64,000 nucleotides of DNA, from contig CM106586.1 in assembly GCA_048013815.1 (NCBI GenBank), positions 3,100,001 to 3,164,000 of the forward strand, given 5' to 3'. The notes beneath the pieces were generated by a model. That model was not told the origin of the DNA. It did not search any database and saw nothing but the letters and a program-made list of their open reading frames with translations. Within the stretch, counting starts at the first letter, position 1; each line of letters begins with the position of its first letter. The translations under genes and the position numbers were made by a program. Of the stretch, positions 1 to 13,207 are shown piece after piece. The stretch comes from Setoptus koraiensis. Its lineage: Eukaryota > Animalia > Arthropoda.

Positions 1-206
1 CTAAAGTTGTGCTCATCTCTCGATTCTTGGTGTTGTGGTTGAGGTTTGTCATGCCTTTCAGATTCGACATTTTCTTGTGATTTCTGTCGAATGGTTGACG
101 AGCGACGTAATAATCTATTGCTCGATATTGAACTATTGGTCAGGTTGACCCGACTTGTGTTATCTCTATCATTCGAACCTTGGTTATGTATCTTGAGCCC
201 AGACAT
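1..206 (-). CDS. Possible 5' part of an unidentified coding region running off the left edge
   Basis: ATG at 206-204 opens a stop-free frame to position 1 (MSGLKIHNQGSNDRDNTSRVNLTNSSISSNRLLRRSSTIRQKSQENVESERH...). No recognisable domain. Confidence 0.4.
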   Translation of the reverse strand, partial: MSGLKIHNQGSNDRDNTSRVNLTNSSISSNRLLRRSSTIRQKSQENVESERHDKPQPQHQESRDEHNF

Positions 207-727
207 CAAGTCCTACATCGTCCTCGTTCATTTATTGATAATTTAATAGCTTTAATATAAGCTTGACAATCAATTCATGAGTTATAATAATAAAAGTGAG
301 GAATTGCAACTGCCAGCGGGCACACAACCAATACATCGTTAGCAACTTTTTGATTGCTCTCGTTAGCTGGTCGTTTTTTGTTTCGCATTCGGTTACCATA
401 GTGATGCCGGATATTCACGCATACATGTCAATGATTGCTTCTCGTACGCACACAAATTACGTAAAAAGCGTAGTATTGTATTGATAGAAAAATACACAAA
501 TAAAACACAATGTCATAATGATTTTATTCGTTATTTTGAAAAAGCATTGAAAAAGCTAATATTAAAAATGTACAAATATGTAAATATATTGTTTCTTAAC
601 GCTCTGCTTTCTCAATACCGGACATAGAACAAACTTCAAAAAGGAAAGTTTGTCGCTGCCATTGAATGAATTTCGTCCTTACTTCGCCATCGTGAATCAT
701 ATGAAACTGCCATAATGTATTGTATTA

Positions 728-2557
728 TCAAGGGTAGCACACACATCTTGGTTGCGTCACAAATTTCGGCTTGTAATTATATGGTGTATAAAGCGACTGT
801 TGAGGACTGTTCGATTTGATGTTGTATTGTCTGGCCTGTTCTCGTTTTACTTCGTGCTCCGTCTTACCATCATTTTCAAGGATAACCGATTTCGATTCGA
901 AGCGAGCCACATGTTGTTCACGATGCTCTTTTTTTAAACCTTGCTCGTTGTCTCGCGTTTGGCCAAATTGCGAATTGTCATCCTGAGATAATTGTTGTTG
1001 TTGTGCTTGCTGATTAAACTGTTCATCAGCATTATTTTGTTTTTGCTGGACCTCCACTTGTTGTGGATTCTCCTCAAAACGCACTTGATTCTGTGAAAAC
1101 TCTACAGGCACAAAAATCTGCTGAGCTTGTTCCTCAACTCTAACCTGTTGTGGTTGGTTTAGTTGCTCTTGTTTTACTACTTGCTGCTGTTGTGTCGAAG
1201 TTTTCGAAGATGATGATTGGAATGAGGATTTTCTCTGCGTGAATTGTTGTCGTTGCCTAAATGGGGCACCATTGGTAAAAGACTTTACTGCAGACGTAGA
1301 TGTTGTTTGCTTTGTTGATTGTTGTTGAGGTGATACGACTCTCGAAACAGTTTTTTGGGCGAACGCTGGTTGCTTACGACCAAAATCTACTTGATCTTGT
1401 TGTCTGTCAAAGTTGGCGTTTGAACCACTCTGTTGGCTGCTTTCTTCGAAGGCCTGGTTGTTTTGTTCCTGCTGAAATCCTTTTGCTGCTTGCTGGGGTG
1501 ATACAACTCTTGAAACAGTTTTTTGGGCGAACGCTGGTTGCTTACGACCAAAATCTACTTGATCTTGTTGTCTGTCAAAGTTGGCGTTTGAACCACTCTG
1601 TTGGCTGCTTTCTTCGAAGGCTTGATTGCTTTGTTCCTGCTGAAATCCTTTTGCTGCTTGCTGGGGTGATACGACTCTTGAAACAGTTTTTTGGGCGAAC
1701 GCTGGTTGCTTACGACCAAAATCTACTTGATCTTGTTGTCTGTCAAAGTTGGCGTTTGAACCACTCTGTTGGCTGCTTTCTTCGAAGGCTTGATTGCTTT
1801 GTTCTTGCTGAAATCCTTTTGCTGCTTGCTGGGGTGATACAACTCTTGAAACAGTTTTCTGGGCGAACGCTGGTTGCTTACGACTAAAATCTACTTGATC
1901 TTGTTGTCTGTCATAGTTGGCGTTTGAGCCAATCTTTTGGGTGTTCTCCTCAAAGACTTGGCTGTTTTGTTCCCGTTGAAATTCTTTTGTTGCTTGTTGA
2001 GCTGGTGCTTGTCGCTGTTTACCGGGTGATGCCACCAAAACACGCCTGACTTTACCTTTGAATGGCGGTGGACTCTGAGGACGGCTAAAAGAATTGGTCT
2101 TGCCTGGCTCAGTTACTTCAACACTTTGGTCTTGGAATCTAACACCGGTATCTTTACTTGCTTGAAACGAGCGAGACGGCTGAAACACAGTCGGACCAGC
2201 GAAAAAAGCTTGAGCGTTTTCATCTGTTTGTACAGATTTTGCAAATGACGCTCCAGACTCTTTTACCAACTGACCGGGACTTTTAACACTATGTACAGGA
2301 GCAACTAGTCTCACTTTGGACGCTTGGCCGTTGTTTACATCGAAGTAAAAATTGGACGCCTCATCTCCAGGCTGGGGCACCAAATGGGGCACATTATATA
2401 GTTCCGAATCTTGATATGGATTGCTTACAAGAGGCTGATGAGTTCCATAATCTTCGGCCAAGACGACACCTAGTAGGGCGCTAATCCAAATTAGCTGATG
2501 GACGCTGAAAAACTTCTGTTGGGTCTGTAGTGTTTTATTTTTTGAGAGAGAATTCAT
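728..2557 (-). CDS. Secreted Gln-rich protein with internal 56-aa tandem repeats
   Basis: 609-aa ORF with hydrophobic signal-like segment LIWISALLGVVLA|ED, four 168-bp repeats and C-terminal PRCVCYP. The true start is probably on a short upstream exon spliced to an AG near 2500. Confidence 0.8.
   Translation of the reverse strand: MNSLSKNKTLQTQQKFFSVHQLIWISALLGVVLAEDYGTHQPLVSNPYQDSELYNVPHLVPQPGDEASNFYFDVNNGQASKVRLVAPVHSVKSPGQLVKESGASFAKSVQTDENAQAFFAGPTVFQPSRSFQASKDTGVRFQDQSVEVTEPGKTNSFSRPQSPPPFKGKVRRVLVASPGKQRQAPAQQATKEFQREQNSQVFEENTQKIGSNANYDRQQDQVDFSRKQPAFAQKTVSRVVSPQQAAKGFQQEQSNQAFEESSQQSGSNANFDRQQDQVDFGRKQPAFAQKTVSRVVSPQQAAKGFQQEQSNQAFEESSQQSGSNANFDRQQDQVDFGRKQPAFAQKTVSRVVSPQQAAKGFQQEQNNQAFEESSQQSGSNANFDRQQDQVDFGRKQPAFAQKTVSRVVSPQQQSTKQTTSTSAVKSFTNGAPFRQRQQFTQRKSSFQSSSSKTSTQQQQVVKQEQLNQPQQVRVEEQAQQIFVPVEFSQNQVRFEENPQQVEVQQKQNNADEQFNQQAQQQQLSQDDNSQFGQTRDNEQGLKKEHREQHVARFESKSVILENDGKTEHEVKREQARQYNIKSNSPQQSLYTPYNYKPKFVTQPRCVCYP
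1329..2000. repeat. Coding tandem repeat, 168-bp unit x4
   Basis: AAACAGTTTT recurs at 1345, 1513, 1681 and 1849 (period 168). The unit at 1833-2000 is the most diverged. Confidence 0.95.
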
Positions 2558-3756
2558 TTATTCATTAGAGAGATACCGGATATTGATATAATCACCTTGA
2601 ACGTACATCATCATCGATACTAACCATTTTTATGTCTACTCTAATATACCTAAGTTAGTTTGACTCTATTTTTGAATTTCAGGTGATCAAATAGGAATGC
2701 AGAGAACTTGATACAAGATTCTCTAAATTGGGTCTGAGCGCTGAGAAATGGTGATTTGAAAAGAAAAAAGAAATTCAACATGCAACAAATGATGCACAAA
2801 AGTTCGCCACAAGTAAAGTAAAAACTAATGTAATGCTAGAGGAACTTTCACGATTATGGTAATTGACTGATTTGATTAGTGGTTGCAAAAGCAATTACAA
2901 TCAGTGAGCTAAGAATAAAGTGATCAATAGAATGAAACGCACGTTTAGCCAATTATGAGTTCAGGGCAGGTCTTTAATTATGTGATGAGATAAAGAGAGA
3001 TAGAAAGAAGCCAGTCACATCGGTTGTAATGACACGACTAGCGCGATTAGGTAATACATAGTAACAATCAACTTTTGTCTTTTTTACAGCCACAACCAAC
3101 ATGTGGAAATAGAATAGTTATAACTAGTTTCGCTTTTAGAATCCATTGAAAGTGTGATATATCGATGATACTCATAAGTAGGAGTAATTGAGTCGCGACT
3201 GGCAGTAGTTTCATTAAAGGTAGGATGGAAGTTGACATGAGTAATGAATAAAAAGTAATGTATAATAAAACAAGAAGAAAAAGAAGGATGTCATCGCTAA
3301 TTTAAAACAGCCTGGCAGCAGCAGTAGCTACATTGCACTCCTTATTATATCCTATTCACTAGTTCCTCTGATCAGCTTGTATTTGTGGCGATAGGCCGTG
3401 ATTCAAGGGTTGAATTAAAAATTAACTATACTATTTTTCAAGTATCAATAATAAGTTGTTTAGTTGTGGTTGCTTAGTTTTGATTTGTTGGACGTTGTTT
3501 AATTTTGCTATCAACGGGGAATGTCACTGTGTACGAGACACTGTGTATGAGGAATTAAAAAAGTTAGACACCCACGCTCGTGAATCAGTTGGATAAGTGT
3601 TAGTGGTGAACATTATTTAATGATATTCAAAAAAAAAAACCATTTTTGAGCATTGGAGAAATTTTAAGTTTCGCTTGAATTTCTTTTCTACTCTCTTAAC
3701 TAGTTGTTGCGTGAGTTTCCATGGGGTGATATGATCATTATGTATTATGTGTGGAA

Positions 3757-4533
3757 TCATATTTTTGGCGAACACGATGATGATATGACCTTGAGTAAAT
3801 AAATGAGATATGTGTATTGGTCCGGTCTTGGATTATGAATCTTGTACGACATCTTAGATTTCAATTTTATCGTTTGACCTTTATGATATGGCTGACACTT
3901 GTCTTCGTAATGAAAGATTGCTTTTCCATACAAAATATGAAATTGTATCTCTACACCGGCTGGACAAACCTGTTCCTCCTTGAAGCCATTGGGCAATATT
4001 CGCATGAGGGCAACATAGTAGCTATCTTTGGTCAATGTAACTTGTTGAGGTTGTCTGTTGTCTTGTAGAGCTTGCAGAGCTTGCATCACATGATAGGGTG
4101 GCTGGCTGTTATCGACAATGATAGTTTTAGTTGTCGATTGTGTCGTCTCGTCTTCATCTGGAGAGTTCGACGATGGGGACGATGGTGGCGACCAAGAATA
4201 GCGCTGCGATGTTGGCGACAATGTGCCTCGCAATGATGGCATGTCATCTGCGGCGGAACTGCGATTGTTCCATTTTCCTATGATGGCCACCTCAACGTGA
4301 TCACTGTTGCACCCTCGCTGTTGGTGCTTCTTCCATTGAGATCGTCCGCATAATTTTAACAAATCCTGGCGTTCTCTCTCATATTCGTCAGAGAGTTTAT
4401 TGCGTATTTTGAATGTAGTGAATGCCTCCTCGTCGTATTTGTCCCTTACGGTATCGCCAAACACATTGTACCAGTTGTCTAATTGTGGGCACGACGAATC
4501 CGATTGTGACGACGACGCCGACGCTGATTGCAT
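3757..4533 (-). CDS. 258-aa protein with C-terminal cupin resembling CENP-C/Mif2
   Basis: C-terminal YYVALMRILPNGFKEEQ...IQFHILYG...KGQTIKLKSKMSYKIHN...YLIYLLK follows the spacing of the CENP-C cupin (P..K.Q, F.V..G, G, Y.I.N, LLF). Upstream exons are possible. Confidence 0.55.
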   Translation of the reverse strand: MQSASASSSQSDSSCPQLDNWYNVFGDTVRDKYDEEAFTTFKIRNKLSDEYERERQDLLKLCGRSQWKKHQQRGCNSDHVEVAIIGKWNNRSSAADDMPSLRGTLSPTSQRYSWSPPSSPSSNSPDEDETTQSTTKTIIVDNSQPPYHVMQALQALQDNRQPQQVTLTKDSYYVALMRILPNGFKEEQVCPAGVEIQFHILYGKAIFHYEDKCQPYHKGQTIKLKSKMSYKIHNPRPDQYTYLIYLLKVISSSCSPKI

Positions 4534-5916
4534 TTCGGAAATATTTGTTTACTAATGATATTGAGGGGGATATCGTAGTGAATATTGTAGTGAAATGTTG
4601 TAAGGATATTGTTTGTTAGTTTATATGAGAATTGTCGTCCAGGCGACATCGATGGGCGACCTGTGTTTGCCGATACGATATATTGTGACTACGTGATCGG
4701 TGGTTGGCCTGTTTTTGTTGTTGCTGTTGTGTTATTTGTGCACCGTCTCGGTGGCTTTGCACCAAATTCAACAGTGAAAGTGATAATAGTAGTAACAATT
4801 AAACAAAAACAACGTGGTAATGGAATTTATTGTATTGCCCATTATAATATTGCAAATAAACTGATGAATGTCCAATAGATGATGGTCGTTGGCCTCGTGG
4901 TGCGCGTCGGCGACGCCGGCCTTGGGCGAGACGACCGAGATGAAACGGTGCAACAACAGATTTTGTATACGGTGAGCCAATTACATGGGCACATTTGTGA
5001 CGAGTCGGCGGCCACGCCGGCCAGCAAGACATTAGCACGCACCAAGGAACATGTGGAGACTTGTTGCTTGCATCAGGCGCACCACTGGTGCAGCGTCGCA
5101 AGTGCTGCCGTGAATCTGTGCACCAACGCAACATGGTGCGCAAAAGCGCTGGTCATGATCGTCACATGTTTGAGTGTATCAGTTTAATTCATGCTACAAC
5201 AGCGTAGTATTCATGCCAATGGGATTCGTACCCACGGGATAAATCGGTCACCGGCTAAACACGCGTCGGTCACCGCTCTGCCCATCTGCCAGAATATCCC
5301 GTCCGCGCGCGGTTGTCCGCACGCAGCTGCTGCTGCGTTGGGACGTGCGTGCTCTTCACCATCAAAGCAAACTTCAACGGACTTTTGCGCTCGTGTTTTG
5401 TTGTTGTTGTTGTTGTAGTCTCATTTGGCGGTTTTATCGCTTGAGCAGCTCTCTGTGCCACCGCTTGCACACTCCAATCTCAGAATTGTATTTGTGCAAA
5501 ATGCAAGTTTGTGCCTGAATTGTACTCTTAGCCCCCCAATTGAAATATGCACTATTAATTCTATGAATAGTTGAATTATATCCACACGTGGAGGGGGGTA
5601 CAAACACGCATTTGCCAGTGCAATTTCAAGAATTAGGCCCCGTTAACTATCTTTCTGTCCGTTCGACCAGTTAAACGTCTGGTTGCCGTGTGCAACATCT
5701 GTGCGGGGAGCACGCGCACAGGAGCGCAATTGTGCGTGTGCACAGAAAGAACTGAGTTTGTCTCCGGTGTATTAGATGAACTCACACACATACTCAAACG
5801 ACCGGAGGATCGGACCTATAGCCATCGACTACTATTTCATCACAGACAATCCGTCCATTTTATTCCATCTCTTATCTTATACATATTATTATCTATTATT
5901 CCAACCACTGGTCACA

Positions 5917-6918
5917 ATGATTTCCGAGGAGATCGATGAGAACGATGTGGCGCTTCCAAGAACCTCGACAAGAATTTTAAGACCAATGACGCCCACCGAT
6001 GCGGACAGTAAAATCAAAAATGATAGCTTTCATACTTGCAAGACAACTGTTGGTTCGCCGAGCAAAACCGCAACTAGGCGAACATTAAGAGAGACGCCTC
6101 AGAGAAAGGCCTACCAAAACGGCCAGACACCGTTCAGGGAGTCAGCATCAGGACGAAAGCTATTCAATAAACGGAAACACAAATCTCAAAATTCATCGCG
6201 TAGCTCACACAATGACACATTCTCTCTTGGCATTGAACACTTCTCGTTCGATCCTGACTCACTCGAAGCCATAAGATGCTCGTCTGTTTCAACAGTCTCA
6301 ACATTCATTTTAGAGGAGCAAGCGGCTGCCGCAGCTGCAGCCACAGTCTCAGAGCATGACGACAGATTGGGCTCACCCGATTTTACGAGATCACTATCCC
6401 CTAATAGACCGAATGAATCTCTAGATAAAATCAACGGTCCGATGCTCATTGTTCAAGATCCTGTACCAAAAGAGATGCCGAAAGAAACTGTACCGACAGA
6501 AATTCTACCGAAAGAAATTATACCGACAGAAGTGGCTAAAGAACAAAAAGAAGTACCAAAACAATCTAAGGAAGTAACAAAGGCACCAAAGGAAATCAAA
6601 CCCAAAAAGAACCAACCGCCTGTTTTCCAGGCCCCCCGTCCTGTCCGTGCCACTGCACGTCCAACCGTCCGAGCAACTGTAATGCGACCCACCAACCAAA
6701 CAGTCGCCTTGCGACCCAATATCCCAAGGCGGCCACTATCAACTCCTTCCACGCGACGTCAAGTCGAAGCTTACAAATCCATGGCGCAGCTCGAAAGAGA
6801 ATTCGAACGTTCATTGAGGACCAAAGAACCAGGAAGTGCTTTCTCAGGGCAGTTCATGAATCAATCTACCAGATTCAACATGTCGACCAGACTCGCATCA
6901 AGTGCACGAAAATTGTAA
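5917..6918 (+). CDS. Hypothetical basic Pro/Thr/Lys-rich protein (weak TPX2-like motif)
   Basis: Long single ORF; likely ATG at 5917 (MISEEIDEND). Contains a KE-rich low-complexity stretch and YKSMAQLEREFERSLR near the C-terminus. Confidence 0.7.
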   Translation: MISEEIDENDVALPRTSTRILRPMTPTDADSKIKNDSFHTCKTTVGSPSKTATRRTLRETPQRKAYQNGQTPFRESASGRKLFNKRKHKSQNSSRSSHNDTFSLGIEHFSFDPDSLEAIRCSSVSTVSTFILEEQAAAAAAATVSEHDDRLGSPDFTRSLSPNRPNESLDKINGPMLIVQDPVPKEMPKETVPTEILPKEIIPTEVAKEQKEVPKQSKEVTKAPKEIKPKKNQPPVFQAPRPVRATARPTVRATVMRPTNQTVALRPNIPRRPLSTPSTRRQVEAYKSMAQLEREFERSLRTKEPGSAFSGQFMNQSTRFNMSTRLASSARKL

Positions 6919-7131
6919 AAAAACTCGAAAATATCAAATGAACCTTGAATGAAACATATTTTAAATTTATTCATCCGATTGATTATCGACTATAGCTGAA
7001 CAGAATAAGTAATGGGAGTTCTAATTCAGACAGTTTCAAATTCAACAATGATACAATAGTTTTATTCTTATTTCTTAGCTCGAATCCGATCAGTATCGTA
7101 ACATCGTATATATATTTATATTAATTGAGTA

Positions 7132-8412
<1,281 letters not shown>

Positions 8413-11200
8413 TTAAATTAATTTAAAGCTAATGCGGTTGCATATGACTTAGAAGGGGAATGTAATAATAAATAAATATAACACTGATAAAGCCGCCTGA
8501 CGTGGATCAATATCCTTGAGTGTGTTGACCACGACGTTGCCTCTTTTATTAATTAGATTAGCTTGATTTGTTGGTAGTGCTCGAGTAGTAAACATGTTTT
8601 GCCTATTGTTACTATCATCCTTTGTATATATGTTAAGACATATATTTCAATCGGTCAATAAATAGCAGTATTTGTGATCGATATCAGTGTCATTAAATTA
8701 AATAAATAACAACAATAAATATTAATAATAATATCAATGGTCACTAATATCAGCAGTCCATTAGCTCATTGAGATATTGTAGCGAATATGATAGAGATAG
8801 TTGGCCATTGTGCAACATCCAGACAGTCCAGAGATACAAACAACACGGAAACATTCAATATGGATGCACTTGGCCACTACTAGCTAACCAATTGTATGCT
8901 AGCTACGAAGGCAAAATCTTACCGAAGAATCGCAGCGTATTCTTTTCCCCCCTGTAGCAGAGCCATGTTAACATACCTCGAGAATTTACTATGTTTTCCC
9001 CTTTTCTCTGCGACGACGCATGTGCCATTGGAATGAGTTGGCAAGGCCAGACACCGTAGGAGCTGCAGCAGCAGCAGCGGCAGCAAACAGAGAATGGAGA
9101 CACACAGAGAAAGAATCGCTTGGCTTGTTACGTAACTATATGAACGAACGACAACATTACATCATAATAGTTAACTCTTCATGACATTACAGTGTATTGT
9201 GTGCTGGTGTGCAGCACTATTACAGTCGACAGTTTATTACAGTGTGCTGTTGTTGGCTAACGTTACGTATGTACAGCTGTGCAGTCATAGTATAATGAAT
9301 CAAGCATTATTGATAAGCGGACCCCAACGGGCTTACCTGTACAGAATTCGTCATAGTAGATGGCAGATACGATAAGCAAACAGTTGTAGCTGATAACCCG
9401 CAGCGTCTGATTCGCCGAGCAGGTTTCCTTGGGGTAGCGGGGTGCACAACAACGATAATAATTATAATCAGACCAACAATAGGTAAGGACTGGCACTAGT
9501 TCATTAACGGGCGAGTGGATCTTTCTTTGTTGTTGCAACAAGTTGAAAAAATGAGTTAGATTATCATTTTTGGCCACAGCGACAGTGTTGTTGGCGATTG
9601 TATTGGCACCGATATTGTCGTTGACCAATGTTGCGCCACACTGCACAAACACACATTGTTTGCACTAACAAACAAACAAACGAAACATGCGTACGAGCTC
9701 GCGGAAAATCGATCGATCTGTCAATCTATCACGAAAAACGGTATTTATCTCCACACTAGTTTCGTCGTGTCTCGTGCCGTGAGTCACGCCTCTCTACCCG
9801 CGTGGTTTGCATATGCTTCATTGTCTTACTAGTCGTGTTAGACATTTCAAAAAATAGCATTCGATACCGGAATACAAGACTCAAGTGGTTACACCATCAT
9901 TTCATGGTTTTAAAGTAGGCGAAGCGTGCGTCTTACGCAACATAAGGTCGGTCCCCGTGATGAGACGTGTCCCTCCTTTACTTCCAGACACTGTGTGCAG
10001 TTCGTTACACTAGAGTGGAGCTTATCCAGCGATAGAATAATAATAGCATAGTAGTACAGTTGTACACATGTACAGTTGTATTAACACAAATACGACACGG
10101 AACAAAATTGAGATTCTAACACGTTGTATAACGTAATGTAATCCAGATAACGGTAGTCGTGCACATATACGAGAATACATCGAATCTAACATCAGTTGCA
10201 TCGGAGAACGACAAGGAACGAAATAATAATATTGAGATTGGCAATTAGTTGAGGCCTATTAAGCAATAGTTTAGCTATCTATACATTAGATTTACACATT
10301 CGAATGAGAATAAATCGTGTGTACCCGATAGCTTTGCACTGACAGATGTACAGTACTTCAGCTATGACTCGGATTTTGTGCGGATTGTGTGTTCAATAAA
10401 GAACAAAAATAATCACGCAACAACAGCAACGATGTTTACATATGTTCTTATGCGCTATTTCGTACAACGAGCTTTGGTCAACATCATCGACAAACACACA
10501 AGATTCAATAGTTGTCGTCGCTGTTTTCTTTCTTATCGCCTCCCCCTCCCCACTCTCTGTAATGCTGTATGAATATCAGTATTTTTGTCAAGCCATTTAC
10601 ATAATTATCGTTACCATCACTAATAACTATTAGCACCAATATTACTATTACTATTACTATTATTATCATCATTATTATTATTATCGTTATTATTATTAAT
10701 ATATTGAGTTTATTTATTTAATCGCCACTCTACTTACATTGACACTAATACTGAGATAGCCATTACTATAACTATTGTTACTCACTGTAAAAGAAGAAAA
10801 TCTCTATCAATGATAATACAAAGAATCTATATTGTAACACACTTATCGCTTGTACTGGAGTAAGCACGTTGTCTTGTTTGTTTGGAATTTTGGACGCAAC
10901 AACCATTGGACTTAAATGAAATAGACCAGTCGATCGAATCATCCAACTTTTAGATAGGATTCATCACAAACAATAATGAGATAACAAAACAATTCTCAGC
11001 CAACCTAACTAAACGCACATAAATTATTATTACAACTGATCAACATTACCTATTTCTATCACTAAGAATCAAATCATCTATAAACACAATTATTATTATT
11101 GAAACTCACTAACGGACAATTATTATCAACTATTACTATTGTTATTTAATTTGATTCATTAACACCAAGCCGGCATTAAGCACACCAAAAAAGAGCAATC

Positions 11201-12547
11201 ATGGGGGTAACAATGAGCGAACCAATGACTGACAAGGCAACTGAACGCGTCAAAGACGATCGTTTCACAGTTGGGGCCTCTAGTATGCAAGGATGGAGAA
11301 TGTCGATGGAGGACTCTCATACCATGTTTCTCGAGTTGCCCGGTGATAAATCGGCAGCTTATTTTGCCGTCTTTGACGGCCACGGAGGCAGTAAAGTCTC
11401 TATGTACGCGTCAGAGAACTTACATCGCCATATTGTAGATAATGATTATTACGCCAAAGGCGACTACGTGAAAGCCCTCGAAGAGGGTTTCCTATCGATG
11501 GACAGGGAATTGTATGAAGTTTACGATACTAGTGCAAAATTAGCTGGTAGCACAGCTATCTGTTTGTTGATAGTTAAAAACAAGATTTATTGCGCCAATG
11601 TTGGCGATTCGCGTGCCGTAGCAAGCATAAATGCCACATGTGTAGCCATGTCCTTGGACCATAAACCTGACAACAATATTGAATATCGTAGAATTGCAGC
11701 CGCTGGAGGTTATATTGAGGCCAATAGAGTTAATGGTAATTTAGCATTGTCGCGTGCATTGGGCGACTTTCACTATAAATGCAATGAACTATTGCCAGCT
11801 CAACTACAAATTGTCAGCCCATTCCCTGATATCAAAATGGTGGAATTGAACGACGATCTAGATTTTATACTATTAGCTTGTGATGGTATTTGGGACGTTC
11901 TCACTAGCGAGGAAGTGGTAGAATTTGTTGCAACAAGACTAGAAGAAGAGATAGAGCCTGGCCTCATTTGCGAGCAACTAATGACTAGATGCCTTGCTCC
12001 GGACTGTGATCTACTAGTTGGATGTGACAACATGACAGTTGTCCTTTTGTGCCACACAAGAGGTCTAGCTTTTCCAGACTACTGTGAGAACATCTGGAAT
12101 AGATTCTCTGGAAAGATTTCTGAGCCAATTACTATTGGCCAAACCGAACAGAGCGACCAGAGTTCTGAGGACTATCATGAGGTGCCCCAAGAAGCAGAAG
12201 CTGTCCAGTCGTCGGGTTCACCAGTCCAGACATCGGATTCAGTAGATAAATCGGATTCAGTCAGCCTAGCATCTGATTCAGCTCAGGTGTCGGAGAGCAC
12301 CGTTCAAGACACTGAAACAAATCAAAGATCTGATGCAAACCAAGCAGCGGAAATAAATGAGTCGTTGGACACAGATCAAGCTAGTGGCTCGAGTACGAAT
12401 GGAACAACTAGTCAACAACAGTTAGAGACGAATGAGCAGCAACAACAACAGCAACAGGATGATGTAGAACATAAGAAAGTAGTGGATCGTTGCGAAGATG
12501 TTTGTTTAATGTCTAATGGGAGCAAGCAAAATAAAGAGATAATTTGA
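11201..12547 (+). CDS. Protein phosphatase 2C (PPM family, Ptc2/3-like)
   Basis: MG start, SMQGWRMSMEDSH, FAVFDGHGG, GSTA, ANVGDSRAV, DHKP, RVNGNLALSRALGD, ACDGIWDV, GCDNMTV, then an acidic Q/S-rich tail. Intronless. Confidence 0.96.
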   Translation: MGVTMSEPMTDKATERVKDDRFTVGASSMQGWRMSMEDSHTMFLELPGDKSAAYFAVFDGHGGSKVSMYASENLHRHIVDNDYYAKGDYVKALEEGFLSMDRELYEVYDTSAKLAGSTAICLLIVKNKIYCANVGDSRAVASINATCVAMSLDHKPDNNIEYRRIAAAGGYIEANRVNGNLALSRALGDFHYKCNELLPAQLQIVSPFPDIKMVELNDDLDFILLACDGIWDVLTSEEVVEFVATRLEEEIEPGLICEQLMTRCLAPDCDLLVGCDNMTVVLLCHTRGLAFPDYCENIWNRFSGKISEPITIGQTEQSDQSSEDYHEVPQEAEAVQSSGSPVQTSDSVDKSDSVSLASDSAQVSESTVQDTETNQRSDANQAAEINESLDTDQASGSSTNGTTSQQQLETNEQQQQQQQDDVEHKKVVDRCEDVCLMSNGSKQNKEII

Positions 12548-13207
12548 GACACATTTGAGGTAAAGTGGCCACCGATTTTGAGCACGTAAAATGATGCGCC
12601 AAATTCAAATGTGCTCAACTTTTTCTGGCCACGCGCATGCCTCTAGACGACCGATATCTGAGGCGCGAAAGTGTTATATATGTCGGTTAGACAAGTAGCT
12701 TGATGTTAGTTGTTTGAACGTTTAATATGATTAAGCAAGCCGGCTAAAGGTTATTTGTATGATGCAAGCTATACCAACTGTAATTATTTTCAACAGATTG
12801 AATGTAATTTTATCTCCTCAAGTAGTGAAAACCAAAAGATTGTATCAAGACAAATCATTATCAAGAGATCTATCTAGTGCTTAAGCTCTGATCAATGAAA
12901 AGAACGGGAAATAATCAGTAAGATTAGTTTTATGTCAATTCAAGATCATTACCATTGTCGTCTTGATCAAGGCCACTAGAATAATAAATAATAAATGTTA
13001 CTGATAAACAAGTACATTCAAGCAAACATACACAGTGTCTAGCAGTTTTTCTCACTTTGTTGAACTTGCGCGTTTGTAGTGAACAATGACTATCGAGTTT
13101 CAAACGTGGAAATGATAACTATTCTACAATAAAGAAGCAAAAATTAAGGTTTTACAAGAGGACAAATAGCAATAATAATCAAGTTAACATTTGACAAACG
13201 ACACAAG

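Noticed and set aside
1300-1887. 195-aa plus-strand ORF with internal repeats
   Set aside because: It is the antisense shadow of the 168-bp coding repeat.
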